A DNA stretch of 37,459 bases, taken from IMG/VR virus record IMGVR_UViG_2695420539_000016. One strand, written 5' to 3'. Every line of letters starts with the position of its first letter. Position 1 is the stretch's first letter. The notes beneath the pieces are model-generated. The model searched no databases, was not told the origin of the DNA, and worked only from the letters and a program-made list of their open reading frames with translations. The position numbers were made by a program, and so were the translations under genes. Source of the DNA: a virus (taxonomy: Duplodnaviria > Heunggongvirae > Uroviricota > Caudoviricetes). This document shows, piece by piece, positions 8,686 through 17,343 of the stretch.

Positions 8686-9221
8686 AGTTAAATCCACATT
8701 GGTATGAAGAACATAGAATATGAATTAGTGTTTCAGAATTGCTTCAGCCATCACTTTTTAATACGTTCAATTTGAATGTTTATTTCCGAAACAATTTTTT
8801 CAGGTTTCAGTCCCTCGTTAGATTGCACAAAATCTCTAATTTGCATCATTCGATGTGCACAAATTTGTAATTCGCTATAAACACTTAGCTCGTCAGATTC
8901 ATTTTGAGATTGTTCACCTGTTTAAAATTCTACATAAGTATGTGGCGGATTGTGATAAACACGAGAAATCGGGGTTGGCCACCATTCCTCACCGGTCACT
9001 ACGTCCGCATCGAATAGTACAGTTTTGTCAATTTCCATTAATTTCTGGATAAGAACAGAAGTTTTCAAGCGAACCTCCATTTTGCCATAAAGTGGTTATC
9101 AAAACGCTACGTAAACTATACAAAATCAGCGAGTTATGGTGAAGGTAAAAAAACAAGTTTAGATGTTCGTTAAGTATAAAATTGTTTTAATTCAATTGGA
9201 TATAATAATTTTCTAAATCTA

Positions 9222-9386
9222 ATGTTACGCCATATGGGCTGGACTGAAGCCGCAGACCTGATTGTTAAAGGTATGGAAGGCGCAATCAACGCCAAGACTG
9301 TAACCTATGACTTCGAACGTCTGATGGAAGGCGCTAAACTGCTGAAATGTTCAGAATTTGGTGATGCGATCATCAAGAACATGTAA
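9222..9386 (+). pseudogene. icdC: icd 3' fragment (icdC), prophage right attachment relic
   Basis: 54 codons encoding the Icd C-terminus; homology starts abruptly at 9222 after AT-rich phage-side DNA. Confidence 0.75.
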
Positions 9387-9408
9387 TCACTACATGTGTT
9401 TAATATTG

Positions 9409-9441
9409 CAACGGGCGTATAACACGCCCGTTGTTTTATTT
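9409..9441 (+). terminator. icd rho-independent terminator
   Basis: CAACGGGCG-TATAACA-CGCCCGTTG followed by TTTTATTT. Confidence 0.55.
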
Positions 9442-9488
9442 ATGTAGGTATTATTAATAGCATATCGAGCATATTTATATAAAACCCT

Positions 9489-9812
9489 TTACTTGAGCCC
9501 ATATGGGCATATTTTTATAATGCAACTATTATGCAAACATTTATTTGTTATTTTGCTTTCTCCTGGAGGACACTCTTGACTGCTTTTGAGTAGACTCCAT
9601 AAATCCTTGTTGAATGGTGCGATGTTATAAATAGTAATAGGATATTCTTTATCTTTAAGGATAATTCCAGATTTAACCGGTGTAAATATACTGCCAGGAG
9701 GGAGAAATATAGTAGATTGATACCAGATGATCATTTTCATATTACCCCATATGGCTGAAAAAGATATGCCGCATGAAGGTTGAATTATCGTGTCAATTAC
9801 TATCCACTTCAT
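9489..9812 (-). CDS. iraM: Anti-adaptor protein IraM (right-arm copy)
   Basis: Identical translation to 1101..1424. Confidence 0.65.
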   Translation of the reverse strand: MKWIVIDTIIQPSCGISFSAIWGNMKMIIWYQSTIFLPPGSIFTPVKSGIILKDKEYPITIYNIAPFNKDLWSLLKSSQECPPGESKITNKCLHNSCIIKICPYGLK

Positions 9813-10269
9813 TTGTTATGTCTTATCCCACGGTATTTAATATAGTTCATTTGGATGTTCATTTCTTTATTTTGCATATGAGTATATTACCCCTTCAAAA
9901 AATAAATTAATTAAAACGATTGCTTATATAAAACAAAATTTAAAGCAAGGAATCTCAATGGATGTTAAACAAAATGAGATTTAGTGAAAACAATAAATTA
10001 TTCACTTCGTTTTAGATTTGTTTAGCTATAATGTTATACATTCAAATGACTGAACATCCTGTAATTAAAACATAGCCTTTATGCTACTTTGTGCCAATTT
10101 GCTAAACATTATGGTTGCCTTTTTATATAACGATAATAATGAATATAAGCATGACATGAGAATAAGGTTTCAATTTTTGAGTTATATAGGAAAGGTTTAA
10201 CCTGTTCCTGGCTAAAATACATATAACTGGATGATGACTAAACCAAAACACATGTGCGTTAAGTATTGA

Positions 10270-10299
10270 AACGGGCGTATGGCACACCCGTTGTTTTTA
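10270..10299 (+). terminator. Second icd-terminator-like hairpin (diverged duplicate)
   Basis: AACGGGCG-TATGGCA-CACCCGTT then TGTTTTTAT; upstream bases also resemble the icd 3' UTR. Confidence 0.3.
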
Positions 10300-10507
10300 T
10301 AAATATATTAACCGTTATAAAATAACGTATAGAAAGTCAAGTGATCACATTTCAAATATCAATTTGATAGTATTGGCATGGTGATTATTTATGGGTAGCA
10401 ATAAAAGGACAGTATTTATCATCCATAGGGATAGTCTCTGTACTTTTATTCCCATTATGCTAATGCCTTACTGAATTATGAAGCATTTCTTAAGCATCCA
10501 ACTTTAG

Positions 10508-10912
10508 CTAGATTAATGGTTTATTATTTTCTACATCTTCAATATATAAAAGCGTATTATCAATGGCGTAGTAACTGCGTTTGTTATGATTAACATCAGT
10601 AACCCACCGGAAAACGCCCGCGCCTGCTAGTGTTGAACAGTATTCCCGAAATGTAGATTTTCCGCAAATATGAAGCAATGCGGCCTCTTTTATTTTAGCA
10701 GGGTTCTTGGTCGTACTAACTTTTAACAGGTTCCTGGTTCCTCTTAATAACAAAACCGTGTCATCGTGAGTAATAATTCTGATGTTATCCGTAGCCAGAT
10801 AATAAATGTAATGTGCAATACGGTGATGTTTTAATTCTGAATAAAACCAGGAGAAGTTTTGCTCTTTTCTCACTTGCTCAAACATCTTTTGAAAAACAAC
10901 GACCTGATCCAT
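10508..10912 (-). CDS. ycgX: YcgX-like small protein (right-arm copy)
   Basis: Identical translation to 1..405; GAGG RBS lies at 10913+ so the gene context continues naturally past the visible palindrome edge. Confidence 0.5.
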   Translation of the reverse strand: MDQVVVFQKMFEQVRKEQNFSWFYSELKHHRIAHYIYYLATDNIRIITHDDTVLLLRGTRNLLKVSTTKNPAKIKEAALLHICGKSTFREYCSTLAGAGVFRWVTDVNHNKRSYYAIDNTLLYIEDVENNKPLI

Positions 10913-11132
10913 CAGGATAATAACCTCTTGTTAGTTGTGAGACTGCGTAGTGTGCACGATCGGTTTTACCACTTCAATCTGGTCTGTCCTTTGGCTGTGA
11001 TATGTACAGAGTGTGATAGAGGGAATATCTGAATTCTCCCGGTGAGCATTTTGCAACGGACCAGCTCCGGTACAAACGCTGTTGTGGGTTCAGATTATAA
11101 CATTCTGTCTAAGGGGCGGGATAAAGGTGAAA

Positions 11133-11400
11133 TTAGGGGGCATGAAAGATGACTTTATAACCTTGCTCACCCCAATGTTGTAAAAGTTCGTTTTGCCTTC
11201 TCGTTGGTGCCATGCCTGTCCAGACAATCAATGTTTGCGTCGGGAACAGTTCCGGGCGCGGCGATTCAATGGGATCAGCAAGAACAGAAATGTGCCATCC
11301 TGACAATGATAAACGCCATGCTTCCAGCCACAATCGTGCTCTCTCTTCAACATTCCACGCCATCAGAATGGCTTCTTTACCGGGCTTACGGCGCATTACT
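11133..11400 (-). pseudogene. bluR: 3' fragment of a BluR/MlrA-type MerR-family regulator; by synteny probably bluR (ycgE)
   Basis: C-terminal roughly 85 codons of the 168-aa ORF (...[52 protein letters not shown]...) resemble the BluR/MlrA C-terminal domain as I recall it; no MerR HTH region exists upstream on this strand. Confidence 0.45.
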
Positions 11401-12289
11401 GCTGGAGCCTGAGCCGGAGCATTATTCATCTTTCGCCAGTGGTGCCGTTCCCGCGGCATCACAACCGCTGGCGGATGATCCTGTCGTTCGGGCCGTGTTC
11501 CGTAATGAGGCAGTGATTCGTCGTGCTGGTGGGGTGGAATGTCTTGAAAGCTGGTTACTTCGTGAAAAAGGCTGCCAGTGGCCTCATTCCGACTGGCACA
11601 GCGAGAACATGACCACAATGCGACACGCGCCGGGCGCAATCCGTCTGTGCTGGCACTGCGATAACCAGTTGCGCGATCAGTTCACGGAACGGCTGGAATC
11701 AATGGCAACGGATAACTGTGCCCGCTGGGTATTGTCTGTTGTGCGTCGGGATCTCGGTTTTGATGATAGTCACGTTGTGACAATGCCGGAACTGTGCTGG
11801 TGGCTGGTTCGTAATGACCTGGCGGATGCCTTACCGGAAAGTGCAGCCCGTAAGGCACTGAGATTACCGAAGCCTGTTGTGCCGTCTGTCACCCGGGAAA
11901 GTGACCTTGTGCCTTCGGTTCCTGCCACCAGCATCATCCAGGATAAGGCGAAAAAGGTGCTGGCGCTGAAAGTGGATCCGGAGTCGCCGGAGTCTTTTAT
12001 GTTACGCCCAAAACGTCGCCGCTGGGCTAATGAAAAGTACACGCGCTGGGTTAAGACACAGCCGTGTGCATGTTGTGGAAAGCTTGCTGATGATCCCCAC
12101 CACCTGATAGGCGACGGTCAGGGGGGAATGGGTACAAAAGCGCATGACCTCTTTGTGTTGCCTTTGTGCAGAAAGCATCACGACGATCTGCATGCGGATA
12201 CCGTGGCATTTGAAGAAAAGTATGGCTCCCAGTTGGAGCTGATATTTCGTTTTATCGATCGTGCGCTGGCAATTGGCGTGCTGGCGTAA
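11204..12289 (+). CDS. DUF968-type phage protein (Qin YdfU-like) with C-terminal Cys/His zinc-binding motif; 5' end uncertain and probably truncated by the junction
   Basis: C-terminus ...[24 protein letters not shown]...[12 protein letters not shown]; the track start is a TTG and the first roughly 60 codons are antisense to the bluR fragment; first in-frame ATG beyond the joint is at 11609. Confidence 0.5.
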
Positions 12290-12302
12290 GTGGAGAACGA
12301 GC

Positions 12303-13055
12303 ATGAACCTTGAAGCCTTACCAAAATATTACTCCCCAAAATCTCCAAAATTGAGCGATGACGCACCGGCGACAGGCTCAGGTGGTTTAACGATTACGGA
12401 TGTGATGGCTGCGCAGGGGATGGTGCAGTCGAAAGCACCGCTTGGGTTTGCCTTATTCCTGGCAAAAGTTGGTGTTCAGGATCCTCAGTTTGCGATTGAA
12501 GGTCTGCTCAATTACGCGATGGCACTGGATAACCCGACATTGAACAAATTGAGTGAAGAAACCCGGTTACAGATCATCCCTTACCTTGTGAATTTTGCCT
12601 TTGCTGATTATTCCAGGTCTGCGGCAAGTAAGGCTCGCTGTGAGCATTGTGCTGGTACTGGATTTCATAATGTATTGCGCGAAGTGGTGAAACACTCCAG
12701 AAGCGGGGAATCTGTTATCAAGGAAGAGTGGGTGAAGGAACTATGTCAGCATTGCCATGGTAAGGGAGAAGTCAGCACCGCGTGCAGAGGGTGTAAGGGT
12801 AAAGGTATTGTCCTGGATGAAAAAAGAACCCGGCTTCATGGCACGCCTGTTTATAAGATTTGTGGGCGTTGCAGTGGAAACCGGTTTAGCCGTTTACCAA
12901 CCACACTGGCGCGGCTTCATGTCCAGAAGCTGGTACCAGACCTGACGGATTATCAGTGGTACAAAGGATATGCAGATGTCATTGATAAACTGGTTACAAA
13001 GTGCTGGCAGGAGGAAGCTTACGCTGAAGCACAATTGAGAAGGGTGACGAGATAA
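12303..13055 (+). CDS. Late-gene antitermination protein Q (QuuQ/YdfT-like)
   Basis: 250 aa from ATG 12303 with GGAGAA RBS; four CxxC pairs (CEHCAGTGF, CQHCHGKGE, CRGCKGKG, CGRCSGN); lies directly upstream of the lysis cassette. Confidence 0.65.
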   Translation: MNLEALPKYYSPKSPKLSDDAPATGSGGLTITDVMAAQGMVQSKAPLGFALFLAKVGVQDPQFAIEGLLNYAMALDNPTLNKLSEETRLQIIPYLVNFAFADYSRSAASKARCEHCAGTGFHNVLREVVKHSRSGESVIKEEWVKELCQHCHGKGEVSTACRGCKGKGIVLDEKRTRLHGTPVYKICGRCSGNRFSRLPTTLARLHVQKLVPDLTDYQWYKGYADVIDKLVTKCWQEEAYAEAQLRRVTR

Positions 13056-13162
13056 GCGATTTTCGCCGAAGATAACGACATAATACTTGTATTTCTCAAA
13101 AAATATGGATAAGATTTTCTCAACGATGGGGCTTGTGTATCTATCGTTGAACAATTTTTACG

Positions 13163-13188
13163 ACCTCGCTATTGCGAGGTTTTTTTAT
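13163..13188 (+). terminator. Rho-independent terminator downstream of Q (tR'-like)
   Basis: ACCTCGC-TATT-GCGAGGT followed by TTTTTT. Confidence 0.55.
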
Positions 13189-13198
13189 GGTTTTTTTC

Positions 13199-13232
13199 TA
13201 TTCAATCTACATCAAAATCAATGTGTTATAAT
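13199..13232 (+). promoter_or_regulatory. Candidate promoter of moron 1 with extended -10
   Basis: TGtTATAAT at 13224..13232 with T-rich upstream region; AGGAGA RBS before ATG 13270. Confidence 0.3.
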
Positions 13233-13269
13233 GTTTTCTGTAAAACAACATTAAAAACAGGAGAACATT

Positions 13270-13539
13270 ATGAAACTGACCTCTATCCATCTTGAAATAC
13301 TACGTCGAGTGAATGAATTGCAGCCAAAGGATTCTAGAATTCAGGCTGCATCATTACCTCATCTCTCAGCAAAAGAGGTTAACTTTGCTATTTCAGATCT
13401 TGCTGATATAGGTTTTATCGATGTTATACGAAGCAAATCTGCCGAAGGTGGATTGATTGCTAATGAGATAACGTCAAAAGGTTTTGCTTTTTTGAGTGAG
13501 ATTGGCGCTGAAAAAAATTCATCGATGAGCACTCATTGA
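13270..13539 (+). CDS. Small winged-helix-like protein (moron 1, gene 1)
   Basis: 89 aa with strong AGGAGA RBS; helix-turn-wing pattern LEILRRV...EVNFAISDLADIGFIDV; AT-rich. Confidence 0.5.
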   Translation: MKLTSIHLEILRRVNELQPKDSRIQAASLPHLSAKEVNFAISDLADIGFIDVIRSKSAEGGLIANEITSKGFAFLSEIGAEKNSSMSTH

Positions 13540-13553
13540 TTTCTGCTTCAATC

Positions 13554-13571
13554 GGCTGCCAATTGGCAGCC
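13554..13571. other. Perfect 18-bp palindrome GGCTGCCAATTGGCAGCC (possible operator or attenuator hairpin)
   Basis: Exact dyad 15 bp after the stop of the 89-aa gene; no T-tract follows. Confidence 0.3.
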
Positions 13572-13736
13572 TAAACTGTAAAGTGAATTTAAAATCGCCT
13601 ACAATTGATGCTTAAATTTTGTTCTGTATCATCTGCAGGTTTAGGGATATCACAGTAGCTTTCTGACAAGAAGAGTTCTTTTCTTCTACCAATGAAGTGG
13701 TTATGTTAACCTGCGCTAAATCGAGACTGGTGCGGA

Positions 13737-14543
13737 GTGGAATCGAAAGTGTCATATTTTTACAGAAGCAAGAATATTTCAGGTGTTTCTATAAATGAAG
13801 ATAGCTTGATTAGCTTAAGCACGGCAATTGTCGAACGCTGCGTTAAAATGAATGAGCAAGCTCAAAAGGAAAGTAGGGAAGTTTGTGCTCAATGTGTTTT
13901 TTTTATTTTGTTCGATGGTAAGGGGTATAAAGTTGATTCTATCGGTGAGCTTGTGAAATACTTTAGACAGGCCACTAGGATTGATCAAATAATTTTTACT
14001 ATTGAAACTTATCAAAGTCGACAGTCTAACAGGATGAATGGATCTTGGATGGAGCTACGAATTGATGAGAGGAATTCAAATAGCAGCACAATGATTGTAG
14101 CATCGGAAGATAATGAGTGGGTTGACTCGTTATGGATTACGATTCAGGATTTACTTAACAAGTGCAAAAATAAATTTAGATTTTTTAGAACAGCTTGGAC
14201 TATGTTAAGTATCCAGATTTCAGGTGTGACAGTTGGCTTTTTGCTTAGCTTATGGACAGCCTCAAAACTGGCGCCAAAACTATCAATCGATGGTGCATTT
14301 GCTTTATCATTTATTTGTATCTTTATTTTGTTTTCGAACTTATGGAGCTTTGCTATTCCATTAATAATTAAGCTTATCGACTTTTTGTTTCCTAGTGTTA
14401 AGTTTGTTATTAATGGTAAAAATTACTTTCACTGGAGTGTCCAGGCTATAATTGGAGCGATTGCCAGTGCGGTTATATTGTATTTTATTAGCTCCATGTT
14501 GCTTTTTGCATTAGAAATGTTAAATAGCATCATTAAGAAATAG
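13737..14543 (+). CDS. Membrane protein with soluble N-terminal domain and about four C-terminal transmembrane helices (moron 1, gene 2)
   Basis: 268-aa ORF (GTG start in the track; first ATG at 13848); hydrophobic C-terminal stretches; visibly AT-rich against neighbouring phage genes. Confidence 0.5.
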   Translation: MESKVSYFYRSKNISGVSINEDSLISLSTAIVERCVKMNEQAQKESREVCAQCVFFILFDGKGYKVDSIGELVKYFRQATRIDQIIFTIETYQSRQSNRMNGSWMELRIDERNSNSSTMIVASEDNEWVDSLWITIQDLLNKCKNKFRFFRTAWTMLSIQISGVTVGFLLSLWTASKLAPKLSIDGAFALSFICIFILFSNLWSFAIPLIIKLIDFLFPSVKFVINGKNYFHWSVQAIIGAIASAVILYFISSMLLFALEMLNSIIKK

Positions 14544-14651
14544 TTAATGAATTAGTTATAATTACATCAATTCTATGGCTGCCAAATGGTGGCCTTTTTT
14601 ATTCCTCTCATTTCTATTTCTGAGAGGACTCACTGCAATAAGAGGTGGCTA

Positions 14652-15038
14652 ATGTCCGATCCGATTTCCGGCACAGGGTTAGCTGGTGGAGCCCTAACGG
14701 GCGCTAGTATTTATGGACTGCTGACCGGAACTGATTACGGCGTTGTATTTGGCGCATTTGCAGGGGCTGTATTCTACATAGCAACAGCAGCAGATCTGAG
14801 TGCATCGCGCCGACTAGCATATTTTATCGTGTCATATATTGCCGGGATCCTTTGCTCTGGGTTGGTTGGCTCCAAGCTGGCGAACTTGACCGGATACAGT
14901 GATAAACCTCTGGATGCTATTGGTGCCGTAATCGTCTCTGCTTTAGCCGTTAAAATCCTGACGTTCCTGAATAATCAGGATATCGGCTCGCTGGTGGCGC
15001 TCATAACGCGCCGGGGAGGTTCAGGTGGAGCTAAATGA
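14652..15038 (+). CDS. Holin-like glycine-rich multi-pass membrane protein (lysis cassette)
   Basis: ATG 14652 preceded by GAGGTGG; first gene of the lysis block. Confidence 0.5.
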   Translation: MSDPISGTGLAGGALTGASIYGLLTGTDYGVVFGAFAGAVFYIATAADLSASRRLAYFIVSYIAGILCSGLVGSKLANLTGYSDKPLDAIGAVIVSALAVKILTFLNNQDIGSLVALITRRGGSGGAK

Positions 15039-15306
15039 CCCGACAGCAACTATAAATGCGCTGTTATGTGCTTGTGTTGTTATTACTCTGATGTTTTATC
15101 GTCGTGGCGACTCCAGACATCGACCGTGGATATCTCGCTTAGCGTGGCTGCTTACGGTCATTTATAGCGCCGTACCGCTGGCGTATCTGTGCGGTATCTA
15201 CCCTTATTCATCGTGGGCCACTATCGTGGCCAACATTATTTTCCTGTCCGTGCTGGTCGCCGTCAGAGGCAATGTGGCACGTCTGGTTGACCATCTGAGG
15301 CACTAA
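15025..15306 (+). CDS. Holin/antiholin-like small membrane protein (three predicted TM segments)
   Basis: GTG start with GGAGG RBS; overlaps previous gene; immediately precedes the endolysin. Confidence 0.45.
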   Translation: MELNDPTATINALLCACVVITLMFYRRGDSRHRPWISRLAWLLTVIYSAVPLAYLCGIYPYSSWATIVANIIFLSVLVAVRGNVARLVDHLRH

Positions 15307-15920
15307 TGAACCAATCACAATTTCAGCAGGCGGCTGGTATCAGCGCCGATGTTTCTGCACGCTGGTTTCCGCACATTGATGCGGCAATGAAAGAGTTTGG
15401 TATTACAGCAGTTAATGATCAGGCCATGTTCATTGCACAAGTCGGGCATGAGTCTGCAGGATTTACTTCGCTGGCAGAGAGTTTTAACTACTCGGTTGAA
15501 GGGCTGAAGAAAACCTTTGGTAAGCGTCTGACGCCGTACCAGTGCGAAATGCTGGGGCGTGTCGATGGTAAACAGGTCGCTCACCAGCCGCAAATAGCCA
15601 ATCTGGTTTACGGTGACCGCATGGGGAATAACAGCCAGGGTGACGGCTGGAAATATCGCGGTCGTGGCCTGCTTCAAATTACTGGCCGTGAGAACTACAC
15701 CAAATGTGGTGCGGCGCTGAAACTTGACCTTGTCAATACACCAGAATTGCTAACGCAGGAGCGACATGCGGCCCGTTCGGCGGCGTGGTACTTCACGTTA
15801 CGCGGTTGCTTGATGTATTCGGGTGACGTGGAACGTGTAACGCAGATTATTAACGGCGGACAGAATGGCATTAAAGACCGCCGTGAACGTTACGCCAAAG
15901 CAAAAGCCGCACTGGTATGA
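15306..15920 (+). CDS. Endolysin, glycoside hydrolase family 19 (chitinase-class lysozyme)
   Basis: Motifs QVGHESAGFT and YRGRGLLQITGRENY; GAGG RBS. Confidence 0.8.
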   Translation: MNQSQFQQAAGISADVSARWFPHIDAAMKEFGITAVNDQAMFIAQVGHESAGFTSLAESFNYSVEGLKKTFGKRLTPYQCEMLGRVDGKQVAHQPQIANLVYGDRMGNNSQGDGWKYRGRGLLQITGRENYTKCGAALKLDLVNTPELLTQERHAARSAAWYFTLRGCLMYSGDVERVTQIINGGQNGIKDRRERYAKAKAALV

Positions 15921-15927
15921 GGTCACT

Positions 15928-16197
15928 ATGGGACTTGAAATGATTATCGGCCTGGTTGTTGCTGTGCTGGCTGCAATTGCAGGTGCTTTTGGTCTGGGTA
16001 AATCACGCGGTACAAGTATCGCAGAAACAAAAGCGGACCAGCAACGCACTGAAGAACGTGCAGCTGCTACTGAAGCCGTTGCAGAACGTAGGGTAGAGAC
16101 AACAAAAGGAGCCTGGGATGTACAGCAGACTGTTAATCATCTACCTGATGACGATGTTGACCGTGAGTTGCGCGAAAACTTTACCCGCAAAACCTGA
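15928..16197 (+). CDS. Rz-like i-spanin
   Basis: N-terminal TM helix MIIGLVVAVLAAIAGAF then charged periplasmic region; ATG 15928 with GAGG RBS. Confidence 0.6.
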   Translation: MGLEMIIGLVVAVLAAIAGAFGLGKSRGTSIAETKADQQRTEERAAATEAVAERRVETTKGAWDVQQTVNHLPDDDVDRELRENFTRKT

Positions 16198-16336
16198 AGT
16201 AACGGACACGGCCTGTGACTGGGTAAGAATCATCTACCTCACAGGTCAGGACATTGAAGTGCTGGATAAGCTTACGAAGCGGGATATTCTGGCACATAAC
16301 AAAGCAGTACAGCGCAACTGTATTAGCCAGTTATGA
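16118..16336 (+). CDS. Rz1-like o-spanin lipoprotein, overlapping the 3' end of Rz in another frame
   Basis: Signal sequence ending LTVSC (lipobox-like); AAAGGAG RBS. Confidence 0.5.
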   Translation: MYSRLLIIYLMTMLTVSCAKTLPAKPEVTDTACDWVRIIYLTGQDIEVLDKLTKRDILAHNKAVQRNCISQL

Positions 16337-16347
16337 GGCAAACGAGA

Positions 16348-16370
16348 TTGCGGGCAATTATCGCCCGCAA
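16348..16370. terminator. Hairpin between convergent Rz1 and the antisense moron gene
   Basis: TTGCGGGC-AATTATC-GCCCGCAA. Confidence 0.35.
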
Positions 16371-16378
16371 TAAAGTTA

Positions 16379-16795
16379 TCAATTATCTCCTTTAAAGGAG
16401 TCGTATTCACCCCAATCAGCAAACCCAATCGGTCTTTTAGGGGTCTCTAAGCATAAGCGTTTTTTTCGGATTAGCAGGACATTTATTTGAGATACATGCT
16501 GAACAAGTTCTACAGGACTGCCATCCTCCAGAGTACCAATGAAAGAAATTAATGATGGATTCCAGTAGCTTATGTCTGTGAAATGAAATTCAATGTTTTT
16601 ACCAAAGCTAGCTAGTTGTCCTCCTACCTCATACTCTTCTTCAAGTTCACGGTGAAAATCATTTATCCAGCATATAAGGCGTCTATGAAATTCATTTGCA
16701 AGATTGTAGTCCTTTGGAACATATGGCTGTGAGTATTTGAGGAAATCATTCATGTAGTTATTTGTCATCAGGGCGTCCTTTACGAGCATAACCAT
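16379..16795 (-). CDS. Hypothetical 138-aa protein, antisense to the late operon (moron 2)
   Basis: Only substantial minus-strand ORF lying in an intergenic gap of the late region; AT-richer than its neighbours. Confidence 0.45.
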   Translation of the reverse strand: MVMLVKDALMTNNYMNDFLKYSQPYVPKDYNLANEFHRRLICWINDFHRELEEEYEVGGQLASFGKNIEFHFTDISYWNPSLISFIGTLEDGSPVELVQHVSQINVLLIRKKRLCLETPKRPIGFADWGEYDSFKGDN

Positions 16796-16866
16796 TGTTA
16801 CTTAACGGATTGAAACGCTATTAAATAACATGGTTTCTATCATAATTTCTATCCGGAGTTTTCCAT

Positions 16867-17217
16867 ATGCCGCCACGAATCCCAAAAGCCTGCCGTGTTC
16901 GCGGCTGCCGTTCTACCACTACAGATCCGTCAGGCTACTGCGAAAATCATAAAGGTGAGGGCTGGAAATCCTACAAGCCAGGTCAATCACGGCAGCAGCG
17001 CGGATATGGAACAAAGTGGGAAGTCATCCGGGAGCGGATACTAAAGCGCGACAAAGGGTTATGTCAGAACCATCTTCGGCAGGGAGTTGTGAAGCAAGCG
17101 TCCTGCGTGGACCACCTCAAGGCGAAGGCTCACGGCGGCACTGATGAAGACAGCAACCTTGAGAGTCTGTGCTGGTCGTGTCACGCAGTGAAGACCGCGC
17201 GTGAGCGGTTCAGGTGA
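16867..17217 (+). CDS. HNH endonuclease (terminase-associated)
   Basis: CxxC...HNH...CxxCH pattern: CRVRGC, CQNH, VDHLKAKAHGG, CWSCH. Confidence 0.8.
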   Translation: MPPRIPKACRVRGCRSTTTDPSGYCENHKGEGWKSYKPGQSRQQRGYGTKWEVIRERILKRDKGLCQNHLRQGVVKQASCVDHLKAKAHGGTDEDSNLESLCWSCHAVKTARERFR

Positions 17218-17343
17218 GAATTGATGTCATCATCAGCCAGGGGAGGGGGAGGTCGAATCTTTGCAACCGCGCGCCTTCCGGACTGCCCGCCCCATCGTTT
17301 TTTTATACCCGCGAAAAATGAAATTTAACCAGGAGTGCCGCAT

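Larger units (their letters stand above)
6223..10912. repeat. Right arm of large inverted repeat (same orientation as the window-end copy and as the normal icd-downstream chromosome order)
   Basis: Mirror image of 1..4690; identical ORF translations on opposite strand. Confidence 0.85.

Noticed and set aside
11133-11639. 168-aa minus-strand ORF as an intact gene
   Set aside because: Only the C-terminal half resembles a MerR-type (BluR/MlrA) C-terminal domain; the N-terminal half is compositionally aberrant and lacks the HTH, consistent with read-through into antisense phage DNA past a breakpoint
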